A stretch of DNA of 63,119 nucleotides, the filler included, from Octopus bimaculoides (taxonomy: Eukaryota): NCBI RefSeq assembly GCF_001194135.2. It is 3 parts of 2 records of this genome, joined end to end, with 100 filler letters (N's around TTAATTAATTAA, not from the genome) between each part and the next. Parts side by side here need not be neighbours in the genome. Positions count along the whole stretch, not along the records: positions 34,025 to 63,119 come from NC_068999.1; 2 more parts are not named here. One strand, given 5' to 3'. Both the position numbers and the translations under genes were made by a program. The stretch's first letter is position 1, and each line of letters begins with the position of its first letter. Shown one piece after another: positions 52,001 through 63,119 of this stretch. The notes below the pieces were generated by a model. The model saw nothing but the letters and a program-made list of their open reading frames with translations, was not told the DNA's origin and made no database searches.

Positions 52001-53159
52001 TAACTGAATATCTTGTGGTTAGTGTTCGAATTTTAGATATGCAGCATACAAGAGAAGGACGGAATGTTGTTGACTGGAACATCTTTGTTCATAGCTCTTC
52101 TCCACCCAAGAAGATCAACAGCAACAATAACAATGGGGTCAATGACCTGCACAGTTTAACCAGAAAGAAATGTATTGTATTGACTAAAAAATAAGAGAAA
52201 ATGACATTTTCTAATTAAATATATTTCAATTAGAGCAGAATATTTAATCTAAATTTAATTCATCATTCACATAAATCTTCCTTGAGGCCGAAAATATTGT
52301 AAATATTTAGAAATTCGTTGTTAAAATATTTTTGTTTACTTTCTAAAATATATTTTTAAGTTGTTAAAATATCTAAGAAAAAAAAAATCGGTTTTAAATT
52401 CAAATATGGCCGCAGTGACATCACTTTGCAATGAATTCTGGGAAAAAAACTATACAAACATCTATTTTTTTTCTGTCTAGTTTTCGTTTGTGTTTAATCT
52501 AGTTTTTAATTTTTTTTCTTCTCGAAATATCAAATGATTTATTTGAATAAAACATCTTGGTGTTGTCATCTTTGTTAATCACTCTGAGTTGAGAAATTAT
52601 GTTTCGGGCTGAGAGGGAGAGNNNNNNNNNNNNNNNNNNNNNNNNNNNNNNNNNNNNNNNNNNNNNNNNNNNNNNNNNNNNNNNNNNNNNNNNNNNNNNN
52701 NNNNNNNNNNNNNNNNNNNNNNNNNNNNNNNNNNNNNNNNNNNNNNNNNNNNNNNNNNNNNNNNNNNNNNNNNNNNNNNNNNNNNNNNNNNNNNCAGCCA
52801 TGCTGGAGTATCGCCTGCGAGAGTTTAGCCGAACGAATCGACTTAGTACTTATTTTTTAAAGCCTGTTACGAATTCAATCAGTACTTTTGGTTGAACCGC
52901 TAAGTTACGCGGACATAAACAAACCAACATGAATTGTCATGTGTTGGTAGGGTAACAAGCATAACGACGCGCGCCCGTGTACACAACACACACACACACA
53001 CACACACACACGCTTACACACACCTACAGTCTATCTGATGGGCTTCCGTACCGTTGCTGTCAACCCAGTTTTATTCATGAGGCATAGATAGACTCGAGGC
53101 AAAGGTAAAGACATTTTGTCGACATGGTACACAGTGAGATGGAATCCAGGAGAGAAGAG

Positions 53160-53223
<64 letters not shown>

Positions 53224-53498
53224 AGGGAGATTGAGATATTGAAAGAAACAAACAGAGGAAGACTAAGAGAGAGACAGAGACAGAAAGAGATAGATAGAGA
53301 GAGAGAGACAGACAGACAGAGGAAGATTAAGAGAGAGTGAGAAAGAGAGTGAGATAGAGAAAGAGTGAGAGAGAGAGACAAAGAGACAGATAGGAGGAAA
53401 TTAAGAGTGAGAGATAGAGAGAAAGTGGGAGAGAGAGAGAGACAGAAAGAGAATGAGTGAGATTAAGAGAGAGAAAGAGAGACAGAGGGAGGGAGATT

Positions 53499-53549
<51 letters not shown>

Positions 53550-54099
53550 GAGAGAGAGGGTGGGGAGAGGGCATTCCGGCAAGGCAGAGAGAATGGTAAT
53601 TTGTCAGTTCCATGTCAAACGATGCGAGAATGCCTCTTGTTGGGTTGTGAAAGGGACTTGGTCTGTAATCGAAACAGCAATCAAGCAAGTGGTAAAGGTC
53701 AAAGGTGAAAAAAATCTTGCATTAATTAAAGGTCAAAGGTCAGATCTATATTTTGGCTAAAACTGAAGAGGTTAAGGAGTGGAATATACAGGAATTACAT
53801 TGTCAAAGACATACAGACAGTCAGTCAGACAGACAGGATTAACGGAGTGGAATGAATATTATATGGGTGATGGTGATGGTGATGGTGATGCTAGTGATGG
53901 TGGTGCTGGTGAATGGATGAGATGATAATGGTGGTGCTGGTGATGATGATGGTGATGGTGATGGTGATGGTAGTGGCAGTCTGTATTAACTCCAAAGAAA
54001 TTTGATCTGTTGAATAAATTGAGGAATGACGGTAAAAGCAATTTGGAATTAAAGAAAGAAGGGGATAGGAAAGAGACGGTGGTGGGGTTTGCACACACA

Positions 54100-54137
<38 letters not shown>

Positions 54138-54184
54138 TACATACATACATACATACATACATACATACATACATACATACATAA

Positions 54185-54392
54185 AGCTGAAGATCAGTGA
54201 AAACGAAAATACCTATGCTGAAGTATTGAAAAATTTGCAGTTACTCTATCCAGATTACAAGTTGAGGTTTATACCTGTAATTATTGGGGCCCTGGGATAT
54301 GTAGCACACTGCCTAAATACCAATCTCGAGAAATTAACCTTCTCAAAACCAGAAAGGAGAAAGCTGATTCGAAGACTACAGACCCAATCCAT
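54185..54392 (+). mobile_element. R4/Dong-like RLE C-terminal fragment
   Basis: KENTY-like ..VLKNLQLLYPDYKLRFIPVIIGALGYV..LIRRLQTQSI. Confidence 0.7.
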
Positions 54393-54565
54393 CGGTTGTC
54401 AAGCGATGTTTGGGGGGACAAACACACACACGCAAACACACACACACAAACGCATACACACACGCACACACATACACACAAAAACATGTACATGTGTACA
54501 TGCGCGCGCACAAGTACAAATAGATATGGCTTGCAAACCGAGCCAACTGTGATGAAAATATTGCG

Positions 54566-54591
54566 CTGACGAGAACTAAGAAGTTCGAAAC
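54566..54591 (+). ncRNA. Hammerhead core, 5' two-thirds only
   Basis: CTGACGA-GAACT-aaga-AGTTC-GAAAC. The cleavage triplet and the 3' strand of stem I are not recognisable. Confidence 0.45.
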
Positions 54592-57500
54592 ATATCTATT
54601 ATTTCAGTTTATTGACTCTAAAGATAAGACTTACACTAAATTACATAATATTTATTGCCTAAATGTTTAGGCAAGCTTGTAGTATTGACTTATCTCCCCT
54701 GCTTGTTTTTAGATTTTAAACCCGCAAGAGGAACATTCTTCTTCTAACGTCTAACATCTTTTCTTTTTGTCAAAAAAGAAATAAAAGATAGAAAGCAAGA
54801 AAAAGACAGACACATCTTCTTAACACCTATACATGTATTTTTTTTTTATTTTGCCCATCTGGTGTAGCAGTTATTTAACCATCTTATATTTTAAAAATTT
54901 CTTTAGTGTGGGACAGGGCTTCGAAATAACTGAAGGACCGACGCAGTAAATGAGTGACTCTGAGAGAGGAATCGTTGAAATAAAATCGTAATTAACTGAT
55001 CCTCCTGTCTTTTCTTTTACCCAAAGCCAGGCTCTTTTCAGCATGTACGCACACACACATGTACACGCCATATATATACACATGTATGTATGTAAGAGTA
55101 CATGTCAATGTATACACACGCACACACACACATATATATTATATATATATGTTTGTCTGTGTGTAGTGTGTGCGCTTGTGCATATGTATGTGTCTTGTGT
55201 TTGTCTAAGCAAACTCCAAACCACCAATGCACCCTGGCTCGTTGGGGGCCCCTTAGGGTGTCATACATGTACCCATGTCTCCCACCCACGCTTCATTCTC
55301 CCTCACTCACACATCCTCCCTCCTCATCTACACCGTTTTTNNNNNNNNNNNNNNNNNNNNNNNNNNNNNNNNNNNNNNNNNNNNNNNNNNNNNNNNNNNN
55401 NNNNNNNNNNNNNNNNNNNNNNNNNNNNNNNNNNNNNNNNNNNNNNNNNNNNNNNNNNNNNNNNNNNNNNNNNNNNNNNNNNNNNNNNNNNNNNNNNNNN
55501 NNNNNNNNNNNNNNNNNNNNNNNNNNNNNNNNNNNNNNNNNNNNNNNNNNNNNNNNNNNNNNNNNNNNNNNNNNNNNNNNNNNNNNNNNNNNNNNNNNNN
55601 NNNNNNNNNNNNNNNNNNNNNNNNNNNNNNNNNNNNNNNNNNNNNNNNNNNNNNNNNNNNNNNNNNNNNNNNNNNNNNNNNNNNNNNNNNNNNNNNNNNN
55701 NNNNNNNNNNNNNNNNNNNNNNNNNNNNNNNNNNNNNNNNNNNNNNNNNNNNNNNNNNNNNNNNNNNNNNNNNNNNNNNNNNNNNNNNNNNNNNNNNNNN
55801 NNNNNNNNNNNNNNNNNNNNNNNNNNNNNNNNNNNNNNNNNNNNNNNNNNNNNNNNNNNNNNNNNNNNNNNNNNNNNNNNNNNNNNNNNNNNNNNNNNNN
55901 NNNNNNNNNNNNNNNNNNNNNNNNNNNNNNNNNNNNNNNNNNNNNNNNNNNNNNNNNNNNNNNNNNNNNNNNNNNNNNNNNNNNNNNNNNNNNNNNNNNN
56001 NNNNNNNNNNNNNNNNNNNNNNNNNNNNNNNNNNNNNNNNNNNNNNNNNNNNNNNNNNNNNNNNNNNNNNNNNNNNNNNNNNNNNNNNNNNNNNNNNNNN
56101 NNNNNNNNNNNNNNNNNNNNNNNNNNNNNNNNNNNNNNNNNNNNNNNNNNNNNNNNNNNNNNNNNNNNNNNNNNNNNNNNNNNNNNNNNNNNNNNNNNNN
56201 NNNNNNNNNNNNNNNNNNNNNNNNNNNNNNNNNNNNNNNNNNNNNNNNNNNNNNNNNNNNNNNNNNNNNNNNNNNNNNNNNNNNNNNNNNNNNNNNNNNN
56301 NNNNNNNNNNNNNNNNNNNNNNCCTATACATAAATCGATATAAAGATGCATTGTTGAAGATATATATATATATATATATATATATAGATATATATATAAT
56401 ACAAAAAATATATATCCATGTATACACACATATATGTATATACTTTCATCTACATGTGTATTTAGATGCATATCAGGGCACAGGACGTTAGAACAATGAA
56501 CTACAGACAACGGAACGAACACATAGGAAAACAGAAAGCCACTTGGAATTATTCATCAGCTGCCTCTATTCTAACTCGACGTTTCGAAGATATATATATA
56601 TATATACATATGTATGTATGTATATACACATATAAGTAATATCCAGATGCATGTGTATACACACACGTACGCACACAATAAACTAACTTTCGGTCTATAT
56701 TTTACGTGGGAAAATATGGCCTGCAACGTGATGGGGGTTGAAGTTTTTTAATCACATGATGGGGGTGTTGGTGGAGGTTTTGTCACGTGATGTTGGCGAT
56801 TCTGGTGGTGGAGGTGGTGGAGATGGTGGGGAGGACGATAATCTGAGGAAGGAATTACAGGATTGGTGGTATTGGATAAATATAAGGAGGAGCGAACATA
56901 GAGACAGACAGACAGACAGACAGACAAGGGGACACATGCGCACGCGCACGCGCGTCCATACATATACATACGTACATACGTACACACACATACAGATACA
57001 GATACATAAACGTACACACGTCATACATATGTACATACATACACACATACCTACTTACATATTTACATACACGCGTATAATATACATACATGCACATACG
57101 TACACACATATATACATTGATGCACAATCACATACACCTACCTACCTACCTACCTACACACATACATACATACATACACACATACACACATATATACGTA
57201 CATACATACAAACATACATACACGCATACATACACACTCATACATACATACATACATACATACATACATACATACATACATACACACACACAAATATATG
57301 CATACATAAGTAGATACACACATGCATTGCCACAGCCGAACTGACAGACAGGCAGACAGGCAGACAGGCAGACAGGCAGACAGGCAGGCAGAGTCATTGG
57401 AGGAAATAAAGATGGCAGTTAATTAGATGTAAAATGTTATTTTTATAACTGGTTTACATATAACCCGGATGTGAAAGATGCTGCGTGGTGGTGGCGGCGG

Positions 57501-57859
57501 CGGCGGCGGCGGTGCCGGTGACAATTGTCGTATTGCTATTGTTTGTAGTATTGGTGCGGTTTCGGTGGTAGTGGTAGGGGTGTTGATAGTTGGAGCCACC
57601 AGTTGTGTTTGTAGTTGTAGTGTCAGTATTAATGGTGATGGTGACGATAATAGTGGTGGTGATGGTGATGGTGGAAGGTGAGCTAATCAGAAACAATTGT
57701 GGCAGTTTTAGAAAAATTCAAAACAATGTCAAGGCCATTGGAACTGACAACAGAGATGATGGTGGTGGTGGCTGCGGTGGTGGTGATGAAGATGGTGGTT
57801 GTGGTAATGGTGGGGTGATGGTGGTTGCGGTGGTGTAGCTTGGCAATGTTGTTTCTAGT

Positions 57860-58500
57860 TCGGTGCCCCGACTTCCTGTTTCCAAAGATGTTGAGTCTAT
57901 TGTTAAACCAAACAGTTTTCCGTGGTTTTACAACGAACTCTCTTGTATTGTTCCAAGAATTCTGGAGATTCCATATATTGTTAAAAGCTTGACAGCTCTG
58001 CACGGGAGAGTTGCAAGACAGATGGACGAAATACTGAGTAGGGATATCCAAGTACGGGCCTGGATGACAAAAGGAAGTACGGTATTATACCAAAAGGAAC
58101 CAAGTAAAAGGAATGCGGTTGGAAATTTCCGACCCATATCTTGTTTGCCACTGATGTGGAAACTGATGATGGGGATCATATCAAACAGCATCTATAAGTA
58201 CCTAGATGAGAACGACCTACAACCAGTGGAGCAAAAAGGGTATAGACATAAAAGCAGAGGAACGAAGGATCAATTATTAATCGATAGCGCTATCTTGGCA
58301 AGAAGAGACACAAAATTTGGCGATGGCATGGGTGGACTACAGGAAAGCATATGACATGGTGCCCACACTGGTAGATTATTGAATGCCTTAAAATGCTTAA
58401 GGTCTCCAACAATATCCTGAAGTTAATACAAAACTCAATGACAACATGGCGAACTGAACTCACAGCATGGGGAGGTAAGTTGGGAGAGGTAAATATCAAA
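57860..58500 (+). mobile_element. R4/Dong-like LINE RT fragment
   Basis: WMTKGSTVL..NFRPISCLPLMWKL..VEQKG..GTKDQLLID..KAYDMVPH..WRTEL..VNIKR. Confidence 0.88.
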
Positions 58501-60151
58501 AGAGAGAGAGAGGGAGAGAGAGGGAGGGAGAAAGAGGGAGGGAGGGAGAGAGAGGGGGAGATAAAGAGAGAATGAGAGTGTGCGTGAGAGAAGAAAAGAG
58601 GGAGAGAAAGAGTAAAAGTAGAAAGAGCTGATAATACAAAAATAGGGGAGAAACGAAAAAAAGGGAGAGGGGAAGACAGAGAAACGGAATGGAAGAGAGA
58701 GAGGGAGAGAATGAGAGACAGACAGAGAGAGATAGAGAGAGAGACTAAAATGGGGAGAGAGAGAGAGAGGTAGAAAGAGAAGAGGAGACAGAAGAAAGGA
58801 TAGAATAAAAGAGATGTTTAGCTGTAAAAGTGGGTGGTGTTAGTGGTGGTGTTTAATTGGCGGTGAGGTTTGACAGGCAGAAGATATCCAAACGAAGCCT
58901 TTGGCTAAAACAGTGTCAGCTTACCTGTTTTAATAAGATATCAACAAGATTGGGTTGCACCTNNNNNNNNNNNNNNNNNNNNNNNNNNNNNNNNNNNNNN
59001 NNNNNNNNNNNNNNNNNNNNNNNNNNNNNNNNNNNNNNNNNNNNNNNNNNNNNNNNNNNNNNNNNNNNNNNNNNNNNNNNNNNNNNNNNNNNNNNNNNNN
59101 NNNNNNNNNNNNNNNNNNNNNNNNNNNNNNNNNNNNNNNNNNNNNNNNNNNNNNNNNNNNNNNNNNNNNNNNNNNNNNNNNNNNNNNNNNNNNNNNNNNN
59201 NNNNNNNNNNNNNNNNNNNNNNNNNNNNNNNNNNNNNNNNNNNNNNNNNNNNNNNNNNNNNNNNNNNNNNNNNNNNNNNNNNNNNNNNNNNNNNNNNNNN
59301 NNNNNNNNNNNNNNNNNNNNNNNNNNNNNNNNNNNNNNNNNNNNNNNNNNNNNNNNNNNNNNNNNNNNNNNNNNNNNNNNNNNNNNNNNNNNNNNNNNNN
59401 NNNNNNNNNNNNNNNNNNNNAACAACCCACAACCACCGCCATAACACACCACGCAGCATAACCATCACCACCTCAACCACCACCGCCACCACCACCACCA
59501 CCGCCACCACCACACCCTATCACCTTTTCGCTCACACATCATCACCTTTTCGCTCACACATTCATAGATAAATTTTCTCATTCTGCGACAGAGGGCGCTC
59601 GAAGGTGTTTATCTGTCTGCACTATTCCAAACACCCACCACCCGTCCCTCAACTGAACAATCGTTAAACACAAACATATATGTCACCATTTTATTGACGT
59701 TCCTTCTTTCAAAACCTTTTAACTTCTTTGACTACGCTAAACCCAAACCATCCGGCCGTCTGCCCATATCACCATTATTCTCTCTTTTTCTACAAGGTGG
59801 CAGACGTTTGATATCCCGATCGGTTTAATACCACAACCTGCTTCTTTGTGGGGGTCACTCTCTTGCAGATATTCAGACCACACCCATAATTTCCTCTCTA
59901 CCCACCCACGTTTAACTCTGTAGTAATTGGTCTGTAGATTATTATCAGTCACGTTAATCTTATCACTCAACAGCTGGGTCCTACAAACGTCAGGGCCACG
60001 CCCGCCGCCCTTTTACCATTGACCATAAAACTTAGTATTTCAAACCAGCCCTTCTTTATCAGATTCTCACGATTCTATATTCCACTGTGGACCAATTCTA
60101 ACTTGCCAAAGTTCTTCAAGACGAACAGTAATTAATATAAAGAGGTTAAAC

Positions 60152-60365
60152 AAGGCGGAGAGCTGGCAGAATCATAAGCTCGTGGGGCAATTTGCTTAGC
60201 GACATTTCGCCTGTCTTTACGTTATGAGTTCAAATTCTGCCGAGGTCGACGTTGTCTTTCATCTCCTCAGGATCGCTAAAATAAGTACCAGTTGAATACT
60301 GGGGTTGATGTAATTGACTCATCCCCTCCTACAAAATTGCTTGCCTTATGCCAAAAGTTAGAATC
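60152..60365 (+). mobile_element. Family B SINE
   Basis: aaggcggagagctggcagaatc..gagttcaaattctgccgaggtcgac..gccaaaag. Confidence 0.85.
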
Positions 60366-60907
60366 CATATAATGAGGTTAATCACATGAACTTTGTTCCT
60401 TCCCAGGGTGGGGTAAGTTACAAACTCTAAGAGTGCAATATCTCCAACTTAGAATCATATCCACATACACAATCTCACAATTATCCGAACTTTCCCCACC
60501 AACCACAGACTTATCTGAGATTCTCCCCACCATAATCCGAGGTTTTTCCCAACCATAGTCCGAGGTTTCCCCAGACTCTCAAATTCCATACCTGAATATT
60601 AACCGAGTTAATCTCCCAGCGCTATTCTTATTTCCCACTCTAAAATGATTTATCTTGTGTCAGGTGTGCCCGCGGTCAATGGATGGGGGTACAGCAGGTA
60701 TTTCAGGAGAAAATACTCTAATTTTACTCCTTACCCATCGAGGGAATTTGGCAAGGGGTTCAGGGAGAAACATCCTAAGATCATTCCGTCTCTGGAGGAA
60801 TGGGCAGAGTTAAAACACCAACTTATTGAAGGGCGTGGCAGGTAATCCCTGCCCAGTGTAGTCACTGCGGTGATTTAAATTAAACTATTGAAATATAAAT
60901 ACTTTCA

Positions 60908-61175
60908 TATGCCCACGGGCATATGGCGTTGTGGTTAAGAGTGCGGGCTACTAACCCCAAGATTCCGAGCTCGATTCCAGGCAGTGACCTGAATATAACA
61001 ACATCAAAAAATATCTTAGGAATGAGAAGCCTGGTTTGAAATTTCCCCAAGATACCTGATGAAGGCTGGAAGGTATATCAGCCGAAACGTTGTGTTAACA
61101 ACAAACACGACGAGGACAAATATCCATCAATTGTAAATAATGTACATAATTCTTCATCTCTGAAATATAGAACTG
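60908..61175 (+). mobile_element. tRNA-headed SINE with a hammerhead-containing tail and an 8-bp TSD (tactttca)
   Basis: A box TGGCGTTGTGG, anticodon-like loop CTACTAA and B box GAGCTCGATTCC (60917-60989). HHR at 61051-61096. TSD at 60900-60907 and 61176-61183. Confidence 0.8.
61051..61096 (+). ncRNA. Minimal type I hammerhead ribozyme motif
   Basis: GATAC-CTGATGA-a-GGCTG-gaaggtatat-CAGCC-GAAAC-GTT^GTGTT. Stem III is the loopless palindrome AACGTT. Confidence 0.75.
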
Positions 61176-62452
61176 TACTTTCACATTTCTCTTTTTGCTA
61201 AATTTTTACAAATTTCAAAGATTCAGATTTACAGAGAATGGTAAAGAGATGCTGTGATACTCATCCTGTTCTAAAAAAGCCAAACAGAGTAGTTTCACTA
61301 TAACTACTGCAAACCAGGTATGGACACCCACCCGAAATCACTGTCCTCTCTTCTCAATGTATCTCCTGTCTGAATCGTTGGAATGCCTTGCAGTATTTGT
61401 TCCAGACTTCTTGGTTAAAATCTCATTGTGATCCAACATGCTTCGATTATTTCAGGGTCGATAGATAAATCAATATTCCAGTGCTGGGATTGATTCTTGT
61501 CTTCGTCTCTTGTCACTTTGTTGTATTTCTTTCTTTAGAACAATTTTTCATCAGAAACAGATGTATACTTCACGAACAAGCTACATGATATCACCGGTAA
61601 AGAAACAAAACACACATGCAGATAAAAGATATGTTTCCCCAGAAATTTGAACTCGGAACCAAGAAAGAAGATATGATTCTATATTTTGTTTATAATAACG
61701 TCAAGTCAATGGAGATCGGTGTGTTTAGACTAGGGAGGTCCAGGTTTCTAGCGGGAAAGTCTGTGAAAAGCGATTTGTTTTGTCTATTAAACCGTTACTG
61801 TTTCCGGTCATTGTTTCACGCAACAAGATTCCATCACACATTCAGCCCATCTCTCCATTGTTTATTCCCTGTCATGAAATCCTGGTATCAAATTGCTCTG
61901 ACAAACTAGCAACAAATAATGGTTAGAACGGCAGAAAAAAACTGCCAGGCTGGGAGCGTTTGGGAAGTTTTCGAGAGAAAGATAAACATTGAATAAAATC
62001 AACTGCAAGACAGGTCTCTCGAATTGAAATTTTATAAAAATCAAAAATATTTGGTCCGTCAATAGCTTGGTAGACTTTAACGACATCTACTTCCTGTCGT
62101 CACATTATTGCTACTATGACTTCCTGTTTCTCTTTTAACTTCCTGTCACCCTAAGGGACTGATTACCTGTGGAAATGACACTTTAGTCTATATATTACGG
62201 TGTATATATATTTCAGTGTGTATATATTTCAGGGTATATATTACAGTGTATACATATATTTCGTATGAAGCAATTGGAGACTCAATCCCTATCGACATTT
62301 CTAATGAATCAGTTCGTGGCACTCCGTCGGTTACGACGACGAGGGTTCCAGTTGATCCGTGCGAGTGTGTGTGTGTATGCATACTACATACATAGGCACA
62401 CCCATCCATCCATCCATCCATCCATCCATCCATCCAACCGTCCGTCCGTCCG

Positions 62453-62517
<65 letters not shown>

Positions 62518-63019
62518 GTCTGTCTGTCTGTCTATCCATCTATTTGTCTATCTATCTCTCTACCATTACACACATTCGCCCCTCCTACCCATGGCCCTCT
62601 CCCCTGACCCACAACAATCCACTATCGATCTACGTTACTTCCAATTTACTGCCGCCATTGCTCTTGGCTTCCATTTGCTGCTTTGACTGATTAAATCGTT
62701 TCTTCTTCCTGATGTCTTAACTGTTGTTGCTGTTGCTGATTTTGCTGATCGTTGTTGCTGATGTCATTGTGCAGTTGGTGGCAGTGGGTCTGTTGTTGTT
62801 GTTATTGTTGTTGTTGTTGTTGTTGTTGCAAAAAGTGTTTTTTTTTTAAAGTCTTTTTACTAATGTTACATCGGCTAGTCTGCATAGCCACGTGACCAGA
62901 TCTCTCTCTCTCTCTGTCTCTGTCTGTCTGTCTCTCTCTCTCTCTCTGTCTCTCTCTCTGTCAACTCATCTATCTATAGAAACAAATGTATGTATGTGTG
63001 TATGCGTGTATATATGCAA

Positions 63020-63050
<31 letters not shown>

Positions 63051-63119
63051 TATATATCTATATACATATACAGTGAAAGAGACAGAGCGTGTGGGAGAGA
63101 GAGAGAGAGAGAGAGAGAG

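Noticed and set aside
56553-56586. Permuted (type II) hammerhead on the minus strand: GAAAC-GTC ... CTGATGA
   Set aside because: Both core halves are present, but neither stem I nor stem II can pair. At most these are fragments of a pLTR.
34435-59513. Numerous long ORFs rich in X, C/V, H/T, Y/I or L/S
   Set aside because: They are translations of N gaps and microsatellites.
60917-60989. Functional tRNA gene (anticodon ACT)
   Set aside because: Acceptor, anticodon and T stems are mismatched, the B box is mutated, and it is embedded in a SINE.

Overview
This is a eukaryotic (metazoan) draft-assembly scaffold: AT-rich, dense in microsatellites and broken by many N gaps. The repeat repertoire, the TTAGGG motif and the microsatellite load suggest a cephalopod, probably octopus; that assignment is my inference from recalled repeat families. 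There are no prokaryotic features and no CRISPR array. Most interpretable sequence is decayed mobile DNA: Tc1/mariner transposons, at least four Penelope-like (RT plus GIY-YIG) relics, RTE-clade and R4/Dong-like LINE fragments, several tRNA-derived SINE families and MITE/foldback elements. Host coding sequence is sparse. I found one first coding exon of an SLC5 sodium:solute symporter (minus strand, about 32.5-32.7 kb) and two phase-compatible plus-strand exons (2.75 kb and 8.4 kb) of an unidentified protein. The most notable hidden signal is a set of type I hammerhead ribozyme (HHR) motifs from several unrelated sequence families: five complete or near-complete and several partial. One sits in the tail of a tRNA-headed SINE bounded by an 8-bp target-site duplication (60.9-61.2 kb). 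Other points of interest are an 8-bp-TSD TIR element carrying a (TAACCC)n-TA-(GGGTTA)n telomeric palindrome (two copies), a left-to-right switch in CpG decay, an E-box cluster and CTCF-like sites. All coordinates were counted by eye, and the edges of decayed repeats are approximate.
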